Positions 28,806 to 40,075 of a DNA stretch of 64,000 nt are shown one piece after another. A program made the translations under genes and the position numbers. The notes below the pieces were generated by a model, which did not search any database, had not been told where the DNA came from, and was given only the letters and a program-made list of their open reading frames with translations. This DNA is from an uncultured bacterium (GTDB lineage: Bacteria > CAYUVA01), in contig CAYUVA010000016.1 in NCBI GenBank assembly GCA_964448115.1, positions 1 to 64,000 on the forward strand, in the 5' to 3' direction. Positions within the stretch are counted from its first letter, which is position 1. Each line of letters starts with the position of its first letter.

Positions 28806-30079
28806 GCAGAGCATCCAAGGCACAAGCGGAACCGGAACCCCTGGTCGCGGTCATAAAAAGAGACCAGATCCCGCAGTTGCCCTATCAATTCGATAAAAAA
28901 AGCGTTGATATTATTAAATCGATGCTCGCCGAGACCCTCGAACTAATCGGTTTCAACGAAATCAAAGGCGCAAGTGTTATCATAAAGCCTAACCTGGTGC
29001 GCCCAGCCCTGAGAAAGCTGCCCGGCATAACTACTGACCTCAGGGTAATTATCGCTGCCTGCGAGCTATTTAAGGATATGGGTGCCAGGACGGTCATGGT
29101 AGGCGACAATCCTGGATACGGGCTATCCTGCCGTGAGGCGCTGAATGCTGGGAACGCCGTTGAGCTTATCAAAAGGACAGGCGCCGAGGTTCGATTCTTC
29201 GATCAAGAGCCACAGGTTACAGTGGCAAATAAGGAAGCGCTTCTGTTCAAGAATATAAAGGTGGCAAAGCTTATCCTCGATGCTGATCTACTGGTCAATC
29301 TCCCCAAGATGAAGACGCATGTACACACCCAGGTATCGCTAGGAATGAAGAACCTGCAAGGGATCTTCAGCGGAGAGCAGAGACTATTTTATCACCGCAA
29401 TGACCTTAGCCAGAAGATAGTCGATACGGTGCGGGTACGAATGCCTGACCTGAACATCATAGACGGCTTGTGGGCAATGGAAGGTCAAGCGCCTTTCTTC
29501 GGTAACCAGATAGCCGATTTCGGCACCATTGTCGCCAGCAGGGACATCCTGGCGGTTGATATCATCTCAGCCAGGCTGATGGGATTCCATCACTCCGAGA
29601 TAGCGCATATAATGCTTGCCCTGCAACAAAAGCTCACCGATGTCGATCCTGCAAAAATTCAAACTGTAGGGACTCCATTGGAACAAGTGGCTCGGCATTT
29701 TATAAGACCGGTGGTGAGCAGCCTCGGAGCCTATGAGCATATAAATGTATTCGAGGGCGGAGCATGTCTCGGATGCATGTCAGCGCTTAGGCATTCGCTT
29801 GATAAGATGAACTTCGATCAGCTATTTCCAAAGCTTGGACAGCTTAGCATATATCTTGGCAAACCGATGCTGGGAGCGACAAGCATAACTGATTGGTCAG
29901 GCGATCTATGGCTGGTTGGCAACTGTGCCTTGGAGCTTACCACCTGTCCCATCAGGGATAAGCGTGAGGTCGGCTTCGTGCCTGGATGTCCGCCGCATGT
30001 GCTCGATTTCTACAAGGCAGTGTGCCTTAAATATGGTTTGCAGTCTAAGGATCAGGAGTACGATGAAATATTCAGATAA
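28802..30079 (+). CDS. DUF362 domain protein with C-terminal Cys-rich (GAC.GC/GNC/GCPP) domain
   Basis: IIKPNLV, TTD, NLPKMKTH, GMKNLQG and GCPP. ATGA overlap with the DAHP synthase gene. Confidence 0.85.
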   Translation: MSRASKAQAEPEPLVAVIKRDQIPQLPYQFDKKSVDIIKSMLAETLELIGFNEIKGASVIIKPNLVRPALRKLPGITTDLRVIIAACELFKDMGARTVMVGDNPGYGLSCREALNAGNAVELIKRTGAEVRFFDQEPQVTVANKEALLFKNIKVAKLILDADLLVNLPKMKTHVHTQVSLGMKNLQGIFSGEQRLFYHRNDLSQKIVDTVRVRMPDLNIIDGLWAMEGQAPFFGNQIADFGTIVASRDILAVDIISARLMGFHHSEIAHIMLALQQKLTDVDPAKIQTVGTPLEQVARHFIRPVVSSLGAYEHINVFEGGACLGCMSALRHSLDKMNFDQLFPKLGQLSIYLGKPMLGATSITDWSGDLWLVGNCALELTTCPIRDKREVGFVPGCPPHVLDFYKAVCLKYGLQSKDQEYDEIFR

Positions 30080-30081
30080 CC

Positions 30082-31866
30082 CTAATCCTTTATTTCATCG
30101 ATATTCTTTGGCATATCCTTTATTATAGTATCTTGAACCGAGGCGACCAGGTCTCTATCAGCTATCTTTACAAGAACCGTTCGGTTTTCATGGTCATCTC
30201 CGATCAAAAGTGGACCCAACACCTTATCATCCTTGAGTCTAACAGTTATCTTGGCTCGCGGGGAATCCAATCCATACCGTGATAGATCACCGGCAGGCTC
30301 GGAGATGATCTCTTCCATCTTCACATAATCGGTAGCCCAAATAATTTTATCCATCTTGGCTCGAGGAACCTTGAATTTCTCAGGTTCTACAAGGTACCAG
30401 TCATCTCCCTTGCGCTCAAAGACCATATTGGTATCAGGCAGCTCTATCTCGATCGATTCCAGATCCTCCCTGGAAAAATTCATCAGCATTTTATTTCTCA
30501 AGTCGAACAGGCTCTTGTTTATGCCCTTGAAATCCTTGTTGGCAATGGAGAACACCGCATTGATATCTGAGTTGGTCGCATAGTAGGCTTCCTCGCCTCG
30601 AACCAGGTCGCCGACAAACAATTGGTGGATTTGGTCTCGAGGGAAGGTTTGCTGTACGGTCAGGGTGTACCATGGCTTATCCAGTCCATATTTTGCAAGC
30701 CTGGGAGCATCCTCATCGATGTACTCCTTGACCTTCATCATGGAGAGGGTTGCCAACATGCTGTTTATGAAAGCATCATCTCCCTTATCCTCGAATGGTT
30801 TTGCCAGGCTCCACTTGCCCTCGTCTTCATCTTTCACAGCTTCTATGATCTCATCATTACGTTTAATTATCAGCCTGGCAACCGATTCGCGAGCAAACTT
30901 GAGCACGCTGCGCTCACGCAGGTCGATCGGCTGCTTGTTAAGATCATCGTACAAGCTTTTTCTCACCCTGAATACCTGCCTGCTTTGTCCGCGCGTGGCA
31001 TAGTATTCTTCCTTAGTTTCATCATCGACCCTGTTACCGATGATAAGGGTCTTTTGGGCATTATCCTCGCCGACCAGGAATGAGACCTTAAGCTGCGGCT
31101 TATCAAGTCCATACTTTTCAAACTCCTCTGCCTTCTCCTCGATAAATGCGGTTATGCGCGAGTTATTGATGCTATTGATCAGCTTTTCTATCTCCTTATG
31201 GTCGCCGGGTGCATTTTTAGGCTCGACAAGCTTCCAAACATCGCCGGAGGGATGCTCAATGACTATCCTCGGTTTGTCCTTTGCTTCTATGGTTAGCCTG
31301 TTTACCTCGTACAAGTCGAGTGAAAGGATTTTCTTATCCCGCAGGTCAAAAAGCTCCTTATTCGCGGTAGTAAACAGCCTGTTCTGGGCGAGCATGACCG
31401 TGGGCTTTTCGTGCATTCTTGCATATCGGTAGGCTTTTGTCGGATTGGTGTTACCTAGCTCTATAGTTCTTGTAATCTTTCCATCATTGCTGCCCACTGT
31501 AACCCTGATTTTTGGGGGGTGAAGCCCGAAGACGACGAGATCCTTTGGCGAATCGGTAACGATCCGCTCTCGTTTAGCGGTGACCAGGGTGCTCACCAAT
31601 CCATCTGCTGCCACCTCATCAGCCGGGGCAGGTATAGGCTCCACGATCCGCCATTCATCCTTATCTTTAACAAGCCTTATGGTCAGGTTCTTGTCGATAT
31701 TTTCGAGTGTTATGGATCCAACCTGTTCTTTCTCAAGGTCAATGAACTTTTTCTGTTGTTCCTCGATTTCCTTTTTCTCGCTCAGGTACTTGTGTTCATA
31801 GAAGTAGAAATATGCTGCAATAAAAGATAGTATGATAAGTAGTACAGCAGTGGTCTTGAAGCTCAT
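30082..31866 (-). CDS. DUF4340 repeat protein (Gld-like ABC system accessory)
   Basis: N-terminal TM helix and three repeats of W.(I/L)..P...(Y/F)GL..P....LR; position downstream of gldG-like gene. Confidence 0.85.
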   Translation of the reverse strand: MSFKTTAVLLIILSFIAAYFYFYEHKYLSEKKEIEEQQKKFIDLEKEQVGSITLENIDKNLTIRLVKDKDEWRIVEPIPAPADEVAADGLVSTLVTAKRERIVTDSPKDLVVFGLHPPKIRVTVGSNDGKITRTIELGNTNPTKAYRYARMHEKPTVMLAQNRLFTTANKELFDLRDKKILSLDLYEVNRLTIEAKDKPRIVIEHPSGDVWKLVEPKNAPGDHKEIEKLINSINNSRITAFIEEKAEEFEKYGLDKPQLKVSFLVGEDNAQKTLIIGNRVDDETKEEYYATRGQSRQVFRVRKSLYDDLNKQPIDLRERSVLKFARESVARLIIKRNDEIIEAVKDEDEGKWSLAKPFEDKGDDAFINSMLATLSMMKVKEYIDEDAPRLAKYGLDKPWYTLTVQQTFPRDQIHQLFVGDLVRGEEAYYATNSDINAVFSIANKDFKGINKSLFDLRNKMLMNFSREDLESIEIELPDTNMVFERKGDDWYLVEPEKFKVPRAKMDKIIWATDYVKMEEIISEPAGDLSRYGLDSPRAKITVRLKDDKVLGPLLIGDDHENRTVLVKIADRDLVASVQDTIIKDMPKNIDEIKD

Positions 31867-31867
31867 A

Positions 31868-33400
31868 TCACCTGCCCCTTCTTCGAGATACGATTATTGT
31901 TATCCCTACAAATACGATAAACGCTGGTATCAGGATCAATGGTATCCAGAATGCCACGGACGCTTGCCCCCTGGATAATATCAATGGTTGGTTCCTGACA
32001 TCCTTCGGCTTTATGGCGATCAGGTCTTCTTCCTCTGCCAAGAAGTTAACCGTATTCAAGAATAGGTTCAGGTTTCCTTGGCTTGCCAGCCATGAATTGG
32101 TTATGAAATCGGAGTCTCCGAAGGCTGCAATTCTGCCCTTGGTATCTTTATCTACCGATATGGTAGTTATGGCGGCGATCGATATCGGTCCGCTAACATC
32201 TATACCCTCGTCGAACTGGGCTATGCCCTCATTCATCAGTGTATCGATATTTGTCTCCGCCCAACTGCTTGGTCCGCTAAAAGCCAGCTCTTCAACCGTA
32301 ATCGTACTTTCATCCAGGTCAGGATCTGCCGTAATGGATCTCACCATGGGGAACACCGATGCGAGGTTGAACTTCCTGGTTATCTCATGTTCAGCATAGG
32401 TAGTTATCACCGGGACGGTCGGGCTGGTGCCGAACAGCCTGGAAAGCCTATCCACCACGATATCCTTTCCAATATTTACCCCAAAACCTCTCAGCATCCC
32501 CTGATAACTCGTATTGATATCGGGATCGACCATGAGCAAGAATCGTCCCCCTTTACCGATGTATTCCTCTATTAGATCGATTTCCTTTGGAAAAACATCG
32601 GTTATAGGACCGGCTTCGATAAGGACAGCGCAATCTTGGGGCACCGTTTCTTCCCTGAATAGCTCGATCTCTTTTATTTCGTAGTTATTATCCTGGATAT
32701 GTTGCTTCAGGGCGCTGATCCCGTTTTCCTCCTGGTCATCAAAGCTTTTTTCTCCATGTCCTTTCATGAAATATACCACCTTTTTAACCCCGCGAGTGAT
32801 CTTGACCAGTGCATTGGTGATCGACTCCTCATCGTAGGTGGTTATCTTCTCGGTATTATCACCACAGGTAAAAAACAAAGTACCATACTCGGTTATTCTG
32901 GCAGCCTCTGCTTCTTCGGGTCGTTCATCTGGATCAATGAACTCAAAATGAAACTTAGGCGACACTGCACGATAGTTAAAGAGCAATTCTTCGACCTGGG
33001 CACGATCAGGGCTTGTTTTTCTGAAGAAACATTTAATATTGACATCATCCTTGAGATTTTCGAGCACCTTTATGCTCTGCGGTGATAAAGAGTGAAGTTT
33101 AGCCTCGGTAAGATCCCACTTAAGATTATGACGGGCAACGATGGTATTGACCAGCACAAGGATAGCCAATACAGCAACCACCATTAAGATGGTATTAGTG
33201 CCGTACTTCGTGGTTCTTTTTGCAAGGAATCTACGCAGGGCTGATGGGTTGCTAAATACCCATATCAAATCGAGAACCGCCCCGATAATGACCAGGATGG
33301 CCGGAACATTAGCCATGGAACCGGTAATGGCTGCAAATATCAGCCCAACGAAGATCGCTATAAGTCCGACTATTCCGCATGTATTGAGTATGACTTTCAT
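31868..33400 (-). CDS. GldG-like ABC transporter auxiliary component
   Basis: DLTEAKLHSLSPQS, FIDPD, VYFMKGHGE, FGDSDF, GNLNLFLN; N- and C-terminal TM helices. Confidence 0.88.
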   Translation of the reverse strand: MKVILNTCGIVGLIAIFVGLIFAAITGSMANVPAILVIIGAVLDLIWVFSNPSALRRFLAKRTTKYGTNTILMVVAVLAILVLVNTIVARHNLKWDLTEAKLHSLSPQSIKVLENLKDDVNIKCFFRKTSPDRAQVEELLFNYRAVSPKFHFEFIDPDERPEEAEAARITEYGTLFFTCGDNTEKITTYDEESITNALVKITRGVKKVVYFMKGHGEKSFDDQEENGISALKQHIQDNNYEIKEIELFREETVPQDCAVLIEAGPITDVFPKEIDLIEEYIGKGGRFLLMVDPDINTSYQGMLRGFGVNIGKDIVVDRLSRLFGTSPTVPVITTYAEHEITRKFNLASVFPMVRSITADPDLDESTITVEELAFSGPSSWAETNIDTLMNEGIAQFDEGIDVSGPISIAAITTISVDKDTKGRIAAFGDSDFITNSWLASQGNLNLFLNTVNFLAEEEDLIAIKPKDVRNQPLILSRGQASVAFWIPLILIPAFIVFVGITIIVSRRRGR

Positions 33401-33403
33401 CTC

Positions 33404-34180
33404 CTAGCCCCTCCATTTCTTTGTTTCAAGGGATCGCAGGGTAAGAAACAGGAAAAACACTATAAAGCTAAGATAGTAGATCAAATCATTTATCTGAATT
33501 ACTCCCTTGGTGAAGCTGTCAATATGCTCCATCAGTGATAGATTGCTTAGCAGTTCGCCAATGCTTCCCTCGGCAATGATCTTTGTCCAACCGATGATCC
33601 AAAAAAGCAACAGTGCCCCGAAACTTAATAGCGCGGCTACTATCTGATTCTCGGTCAGGGTTGATAGGAACATACCTAGCGATATGAAGGCTAAACCGAG
33701 CAGAATCAAGCCGAGATAGCCGCTCGCTAAGGGCAATATCTCAAGCTCCGAGTATGACTCAACGATAATTGGCTGGATCAGGTTGATAGATAGCATAACA
33801 AGAAATACCAGCCCGGCAGCCATGAACTTTCCCATGACCACCTCGCCATCTTTCACAGGGTAGGTCAATACCAGTTCGATGGTGCCGCTCTTTTTCTCCT
33901 CGGAGAAGAGCCTCATGGTTATTAGTGGCATCATAAGCAGCATCACCACTGCAATGTTATGGAATAATGGAACGAACACCTGCTGGTTCAGATTCATGGT
34001 GAACTGCTGATACTGCTGAAAGCGGATCGCCTGCATGGACAGCTTGGTGTAGTGCATAAGGATGGTATAGAAGAAGAATCCGCTTATGATAGCAAAGATA
34101 GTGAACACCGAGTAGGCTATGGGAGATATGAAATAAGATTTAAGCTCCCGCTTCATTACATAATATGTTCTTTTCATCAT
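33404..34180 (-). CDS. ABC-2 type permease (GldF-like)
   Basis: RELKSYFISPIAY, PLITMRLFSEEKKSGTIELVLTYP, GKF and STLTENQIVAA. Confidence 0.9.
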   Translation of the reverse strand: MMKRTYYVMKRELKSYFISPIAYSVFTIFAIISGFFFYTILMHYTKLSMQAIRFQQYQQFTMNLNQQVFVPLFHNIAVVMLLMMPLITMRLFSEEKKSGTIELVLTYPVKDGEVVMGKFMAAGLVFLVMLSINLIQPIIVESYSELEILPLASGYLGLILLGLAFISLGMFLSTLTENQIVAALLSFGALLLFWIIGWTKIIAEGSIGELLSNLSLMEHIDSFTKGVIQINDLIYYLSFIVFFLFLTLRSLETKKWRG

Positions 34181-35124
34181 GCAGCCCCCATTTCTTCCTT
34201 GACCAGGCGAACGAAGATATCCTCGAGCGTCATCTCCACTGAGCGAAGCTCCAACAATCCCCAGCCATTGGAGATGATCGCCGCAACGATCTCCTTGCGC
34301 AGGTCTTTTTCAACCTCGGTCTTTACATAGTACTCGAAGATCCTATCCTTTAGTCTCTCGGTTTGGTTAGCCTCCACCACTCCAGGAATTGCCTTGATAG
34401 CAGCTATAACCTTCTCAGGAGCTCCCTCTACCTGGAGCTTAAGTTCATTTGCCTGCTTGAGCTTAGCGTTCAGGTTGGCTAGGGTATCCTCTACCACGAT
34501 ATGCCCCTTGTTGATAATAACAACCCGCTCGCACAACATACTCACTTCAGGGAGAATATGTGAACAGAGAATTATTGTTCTATCATGTGCCAGCTCGCGT
34601 ATCAGGTTGCGTATCTCGATTATCTGACTGGGGTCCAACCCGATAGTAGGCTCATCCAAAATAAGCACCTCCGGATCTCCAATCATAGCCTGCGCCAGCC
34701 CGACTCGCTGCTTGAAGCCCCTTGATAGATTGCCGATTATTCGATGCTTTACATCGTTGATATCTACCAGGCTCATTATCCGCTTAAGGTGCTTGTCCCG
34801 CTCTTTCTTTGGCACGCCTTTTATCTCGGCTACGAAGCGCAAAAACGACTCCACGAGCATCTCGTTGTACATGGAGATATTCTCCGGCATATACCCCACC
34901 CTTTTTCTCACTTGCAAGGACTGGGTGAATACATCATAACCGGCTACCGATGCGGTACCTGAGGTCGCTGGCATATAGCAGGTCAAGATACGCATGGTGG
35001 TCGATTTGCCGGCTCCATTTGGACCTAAAAAACCGAGAATATCGCCCTTTTGCACATCGAAGCTGATATCCTCAATCCCTTTAATAAGACCATAATACTT
35101 GGTCAGATTTCTTACCTCTATCAT
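34177..35124 (-). CDS. ABC transporter ATP-binding protein (GldA-like)
   Basis: GPNGAGKST, LSRGFKQRVGLAQA, LILDEPTIGLDP and SHIL. Confidence 0.95.
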   Translation of the reverse strand: MIEVRNLTKYYGLIKGIEDISFDVQKGDILGFLGPNGAGKSTTMRILTCYMPATSGTASVAGYDVFTQSLQVRKRVGYMPENISMYNEMLVESFLRFVAEIKGVPKKERDKHLKRIMSLVDINDVKHRIIGNLSRGFKQRVGLAQAMIGDPEVLILDEPTIGLDPSQIIEIRNLIRELAHDRTIILCSHILPEVSMLCERVVIINKGHIVVEDTLANLNAKLKQANELKLQVEGAPEKVIAAIKAIPGVVEANQTERLKDRIFEYYVKTEVEKDLRKEIVAAIISNGWGLLELRSVEMTLEDIFVRLVKEEMGAA

Positions 35125-35171
35125 CTTGGATTCACTCCCACCTGATTGTTAAGGCAGCGATCATAACTATT

Positions 35172-36710
35172 TCACTTTTCATTCTCAAGATTAACTACCA
35201 TGTAAAGATTATTTTCCCCTCTTCTTATATAAAATAGTGCGCTATCCTTGGCTTTTTTGATAGCATCATAGTAGTCCTCGATATTCTTAATCTTCCATGA
35301 ATCTATCTCCAGGATGATATCACCCTTTTGTAATCCTGCTTTTTCAGCCGGGCTTCCTGGTTCAACCGCGGTGATGATGATCCCCTTGAAGTCAGGCTCC
35401 AATCCAAAACGCTCTGCGAGTTCCGGTGTAAGTTCCTGCAAGTTGAAGCCCAAGTCTTGTTCGTAGGAAGGATATTCATTCCACGCTTGAGAAGTATCGA
35501 GCCTCCTAGGTCTCTTACCTAGTTTAAGGCTTATTACCTTTTCCTTTCCGGCTCGAATGACCCTGATTTCAACCTTTTTGCCCACCTCTGTTCGGGCGAC
35601 CATTCGGGTAAGATGATTGTGATCTTTCACTTTATTTCCATCGAATTCGATGATTATATCACCATGTTTAATGCCTGCCTTGCCAGCCGGACCATCTTTA
35701 AGCACCTGGCTGACCAGGGCGCCTTGATTATTTTCAAGACCAAATTTTTCTGCGATCTGTTTGGTAACCTCTTGGATCATGACTCCAAGATATCCCCTCT
35801 CTACCGTACCTTTCTCCTTTAACTGGTGAAGGACATCCTTAGCCATGTTTATAGGAATGGCAAATCCAATGCCGATGTTACCGTAATGTTGGCTGAAGAT
35901 GGCGGTATTTATGCCAATGACCTCACCCCTGATATTAACTAGCGGACCTCCAGAGTTGCCCGGATTGATTGCAGCGTCGGTCTGGATGAAGTTATCATAC
36001 TGCCCGATGCCGATCTGCCTTTCCTTTGCGCTAACTACACCTACAGTTACGGTATGCCCTAGACCAAACGGTGCACCGATAGCCATCACCCACTCCCCGA
36101 CCTTTAGCTCATCCGAGTTACCAAGGATTGCCGGAGGAATATCTTCTTCAGGTTCGATCTTGATTAAGGCGATATCATAGGTAGGATCCGTACCCACTAT
36201 CTTGGCATTGTAATCGCTCTTGTCATAAAGCGAAACCTTGATCTCATCAGCCTTTTCGACAACATGATTATTGGTCAGAATGAATCCCTCTGAATCAATA
36301 ATGAATCCAGAACCCAGGTTCCTTACCCTCTCTTCACCGCCAGGGGGATAGAAGAATCTGTCCCAGAAGTCCCTGAAATCCCTACCAAAGAATTCCTCAA
36401 AGGGCATGTTGAACTCGAACTCGAATTGCCTTCTTTGTCGTGGATTGAACTTGATTATTTTGGTTGTGCTTATATTGACCACCGAGTATTTAAGTTTATC
36501 CGCTATATCTCTGAATGTGTTAAAGGTGAATGGCTGATCTGCTAGGTCATCCTTCTGGGGAAGCGGAGTAGGTTCCTTATCCGAAGAAAACCATCCGGCG
36601 TATGCTGGAAAATTAACAACCAGCATCACTAGGAGCATTGCCAAGACTGCGCATGCAAAATAGCTAGCTGACTTACCTTCTGATCTGTTAAGCTTAGTTG
36701 AGCTTTGCAT
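35172..36710 (-). CDS. DegP/DegQ (HtrA) serine protease with two PDZ domains
   Basis: LGSGFII, TNNHVV, DIAL, QTDAAINPGNSGGPL; signal peptide; two PDZ domains. Confidence 0.95.
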   Translation of the reverse strand: MQSSTKLNRSEGKSASYFACAVLAMLLVMLVVNFPAYAGWFSSDKEPTPLPQKDDLADQPFTFNTFRDIADKLKYSVVNISTTKIIKFNPRQRRQFEFEFNMPFEEFFGRDFRDFWDRFFYPPGGEERVRNLGSGFIIDSEGFILTNNHVVEKADEIKVSLYDKSDYNAKIVGTDPTYDIALIKIEPEEDIPPAILGNSDELKVGEWVMAIGAPFGLGHTVTVGVVSAKERQIGIGQYDNFIQTDAAINPGNSGGPLVNIRGEVIGINTAIFSQHYGNIGIGFAIPINMAKDVLHQLKEKGTVERGYLGVMIQEVTKQIAEKFGLENNQGALVSQVLKDGPAGKAGIKHGDIIIEFDGNKVKDHNHLTRMVARTEVGKKVEIRVIRAGKEKVISLKLGKRPRRLDTSQAWNEYPSYEQDLGFNLQELTPELAERFGLEPDFKGIIITAVEPGSPAEKAGLQKGDIILEIDSWKIKNIEDYYDAIKKAKDSALFYIRRGENNLYMVVNLENEK

Positions 36711-36870
36711 GTCTTATTTTTCTCCTTTTTAATTTTTCTAATTTTCAGGACTTTAGAACTAATACCCGGTGATAAAGTTCCATCAACACTAAAAAATACA
36801 GGTATGAAATATCGATGATTTGAGGATAAAATGATATTATCGGCTTGCTTCCATAGCGTATCAGGCTAGT

Positions 36871-38973
36871 ATGATAAAGAGATTTCTTATGATTGATGAA
36901 GGAAGAAATTCGCTAGCGATACTTTTATTTATAGCCATTGGATTGCAGCAGCTCTTGCTAATCTTTCTAATCCCCCCCTTTCAAGCGCCTGATGAACCGA
37001 CTCACCTAGAACATATTCTACTGAGGATGCGATCGCCATTTGACTTGCCGGTTGGTGCTTACGAGGAGACGCTGCAGAGACGATTGATCTATACCATGGA
37101 ACAATACGGCTTCACCCAGTATCTTTGCACCACCAGCCCCATTGCCTGGGGGAGAACCTTCCAGAACAATACCATGCTTGCCAGTTCTCCATCCAAAACC
37201 GATCAACCGCCCCTGTTTTATATACTGGGAGCATTCATATTGATGTTGCTTGGCGATTTGAGCATGGTTGGAAAACTTATTGCCCTGAGGATATTCAACT
37301 CCTTGCTTTACATGCTGAATCTATGGGTAATATTTCAAATCCTGCGCATCGTTTGGAATAAGAATCGACCTTTACAGGTGCTCGCCCTTTCCTTTATCGG
37401 CTTTTTGCCTCAGTTCTCACTGATTGGCGCATCGGTCAATTCGGATAACCTGTTAAACCTGCTATCCAGCCTCGTCATTCTGCTTATAATCAGACAGGTA
37501 ATAGAGGGATACGGAGCATCATATCTGACAGCAACTATCTTGGCATTATTTGCAGCCATGTTGACTAAAAGGACTGGTTTTATTCTCATGCCCATCTTGT
37601 TCTTCGGGCTTTGGTTTATCTATATGAAAGCGCCCATGAAAAGGCGACCCAATTGGATTCTGATAATTACATCCATTTCTTTTGTATTCATTGTCAGCCT
37701 GGCATTAGTTCAAATGGATGAAAGGACCTATGACGGCATGTCTAGGTTTCTTTGCGGGATCGGCAATATTTTCAATTTATCAAAAGATTTTTTTTCACAG
37801 TATAAATGCGCTTTGTGGAATTATTTTCTCAAAGGATTTTTGTTAAAACCAGGATGGATGAGCTTCGAGCCGGTTGCTGCTGTTTACTTCTTATTTTATT
37901 TAATGGTATTCATTGCTATTATCGGCTTAATTCTTTTTATGTTTAATGTGAAGGCAAGGAAAAGATTCAATGAGTTGAGTCTTATTTTCGCTTTTTTGCT
38001 TTTTTGCTTTTTCACTGCATTGTTCGTTGTTCTGATGCGCGGCTTCAGCAATGATAATGTATTGCAGGGGCGGTATCTCTACCCGGTTATTTCTATATGT
38101 AGCATCCTTATCATTACCGGTCTTTCATTCATAGGGGGACGAAAATATCATTTGCTTGCACCTGGTGTTTTCGTCTTGATCATCCTATCAATCCAAGCCT
38201 ACTCCATATTTATTTTGCAAGCGCCCTGGTACTACCTAGAGCGTTATCCGGTGAAGAAAGTCGATGAATTAGACAAGATGCTCAGACAAAGTGGTGATAA
38301 ACGGCATCAATTAATTAGATACCATATAGATGCCGGGAGCCTTAATAGTAGGGATTTAATTGTCTCAGGGCTTTACCCACCTCAGCAGGCAAAGGGCTTC
38401 AAGTACTCCTGGAGCTACCTGCAGACCCTGCTGGTGCTGCCTTTAAGGGGTGATGCCGATTATAATTTCAGTTTCAGGTGCTATCCCTTGCCGGCAAGGG
38501 TCGCAATGCACGAACCAAGTATCGATTTATTGGTAAATGGTAAATACTTAGAAACCGTCAGACTGGCTAGAGCATGGAGGACTTACACAGTTCGCATTCC
38601 GGCAATTTATATTAAGGATGGCATCAATTTTATATATCTCCACGAGAACAATCTTTTTGTCCCACGCAATGAGGGGATCTCCAATGATACAAGGGCTTTA
38701 TCTATCGCCTATGACTGCTTTGAGATCAGTCAAATTCTCAAGGATGCTAATGGAGGCAGCCTCCACTATAATATTAATTTCGATGATTTACATAACAGGT
38801 CCTGGGACAGCCATCTCATTAGTCCTTTTAGCAAGGCTAGGATAATATTCCAAAACATATTCAAGTGGCATGGTAATGAATATGCCCAATTATTAAGCCT
38901 CATTTCGTTGATGTACCTATTTTCGATTTCAGCTATTGTTTTATTGGGTTGGCATTTACTTTTTGATTTATAA
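36871..38973 (+). CDS. Multi-pass membrane GT-C fold glycosyltransferase-like protein (DUF2142-like) with extracellular C-terminal domain
   Basis: IPPFQAPDEPTH, QPPLFY, VNSDNL, LTK and QGRYLYP; many TM segments. Confidence 0.75.
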   Translation: MIKRFLMIDEGRNSLAILLFIAIGLQQLLLIFLIPPFQAPDEPTHLEHILLRMRSPFDLPVGAYEETLQRRLIYTMEQYGFTQYLCTTSPIAWGRTFQNNTMLASSPSKTDQPPLFYILGAFILMLLGDLSMVGKLIALRIFNSLLYMLNLWVIFQILRIVWNKNRPLQVLALSFIGFLPQFSLIGASVNSDNLLNLLSSLVILLIIRQVIEGYGASYLTATILALFAAMLTKRTGFILMPILFFGLWFIYMKAPMKRRPNWILIITSISFVFIVSLALVQMDERTYDGMSRFLCGIGNIFNLSKDFFSQYKCALWNYFLKGFLLKPGWMSFEPVAAVYFLFYLMVFIAIIGLILFMFNVKARKRFNELSLIFAFLLFCFFTALFVVLMRGFSNDNVLQGRYLYPVISICSILIITGLSFIGGRKYHLLAPGVFVLIILSIQAYSIFILQAPWYYLERYPVKKVDELDKMLRQSGDKRHQLIRYHIDAGSLNSRDLIVSGLYPPQQAKGFKYSWSYLQTLLVLPLRGDADYNFSFRCYPLPARVAMHEPSIDLLVNGKYLETVRLARAWRTYTVRIPAIYIKDGINFIYLHENNLFVPRNEGISNDTRALSIAYDCFEISQILKDANGGSLHYNINFDDLHNRSWDSHLISPFSKARIIFQNIFKWHGNEYAQLLSLISLMYLFSISAIVLLGWHLLFDL

Positions 38974-39082
38974 GCATTGCAATTGAGAACACGGTCATGC
39001 GGGATCCTCTTTCCTTTCTTTCTTCCTTCCTCACGCCTATTTTAATCACACTAAAATCTCGTTTAGTCTGCCATAAATCTGC

Positions 39083-39112
39083 TTGACACAATTAAAATAT
39101 CTTTTATATATA
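39083..39112 (+). promoter_or_regulatory. Probable sigma70 promoter for the XRE regulator
   Basis: TTGACA at 39083-39088 with TATATA 16 or 18 nt downstream. Confidence 0.45.
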
Positions 39113-39196
39113 AAGACAGATGATGAGATAGGAGTTCTCATAAACAGCATTGTCTTGATGAACACGGATGGTTGATATCATTGAGCGATTATTATC

Positions 39197-39796
39197 ATGG
39201 TAGATGAAAGGAAGATAGAAAATAGAACCCTAGAGGAGATCCGCATCGCCGAGAAGATTCGGGAACTCCGCATTTTTAGAAAATTGACCTTGCGTGAGGT
39301 AGCAGAAAGGACTAGATTATCAGCAGCCTTGCTCTCGCAGATCGAAAACAACAATGTCTCGCCTCCAATAGCAACTCTGCTTAAGATCGCCAACGCTCTG
39401 GATGTCAAGATAGGCTATTTTTTCGAGGAGGACGAGGACACACCAGCAGACTATATCCTTGTAAGGAAGAATGAACGCAAGCAGGTGAAACGCGAGGGCA
39501 CACTATACGGCTATTCTTACGAGCTGCTTACTCATCGTATGAAAGAAAAGGCCATGGAACCTTTCTTGGTGGAGTTCTCACATTATGATTACACTAAAAG
39601 GGACTTTTTCAGGCATGCAGGAGATGAATTCATGTATGTAATTTCGGGGAGAATAGAATATCAGGCGGGCGAAGATACAGTTACGCTAAATCCCGGCGAT
39701 AGTCTTTATATCAAATCCAATGTCCCCCACAGAGGTAAGAGTATCAGCAAGAATAAGGCGATTGCACTAATAGTCCTTTCATTGATTGGTAGTTGA
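39197..39796 (+). CDS. XRE-family HTH transcriptional regulator with cupin domain
   Basis: IRELR..LTLREVAERTRLSAALLSQIENNNVSPPIATL; cupin motifs HAGDEFMYV and LNPGDSLYI..PH. Confidence 0.92.
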   Translation: MVDERKIENRTLEEIRIAEKIRELRIFRKLTLREVAERTRLSAALLSQIENNNVSPPIATLLKIANALDVKIGYFFEEDEDTPADYILVRKNERKQVKREGTLYGYSYELLTHRMKEKAMEPFLVEFSHYDYTKRDFFRHAGDEFMYVISGRIEYQAGEDTVTLNPGDSLYIKSNVPHRGKSISKNKAIALIVLSLIGS

Positions 39797-40022
39797 TATT
39801 GTTTTACTCAGGAAGGCGTGAGAATTCCCCCTTTCAGGGAAAGGAGGATACATGATCCCTCGATAAAATCGGGACTACTGCGTGGCTAAAAAGTCTTTAG
39901 TTTTAGACTACTTACCTATAAAGATAGCGCAATTTCGCAGGTCATAATTTTCGTACCTCCTGAATAGGGCGGGATCGGTGCTGCTCTTGGCATAAGATTT
40001 GTTTCGATAACGGGCACCTCCA

Positions 40023-40075
40023 TGTCATTCCCGCCCCGCATCAAGTGCGGGGTAAACTCTGCGGCGGGAATCCAG
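40023..40075 (+). repeat. Extended REP-like palindromic element with nested hairpin
   Basis: TGTCATTCCCGCCCCGCATCAAGTGCGGGGTAAACTCTGCGGCGGGAATCCAG; reverse complement of 53390-53440 apart from a 2-nt indel. Confidence 0.9.
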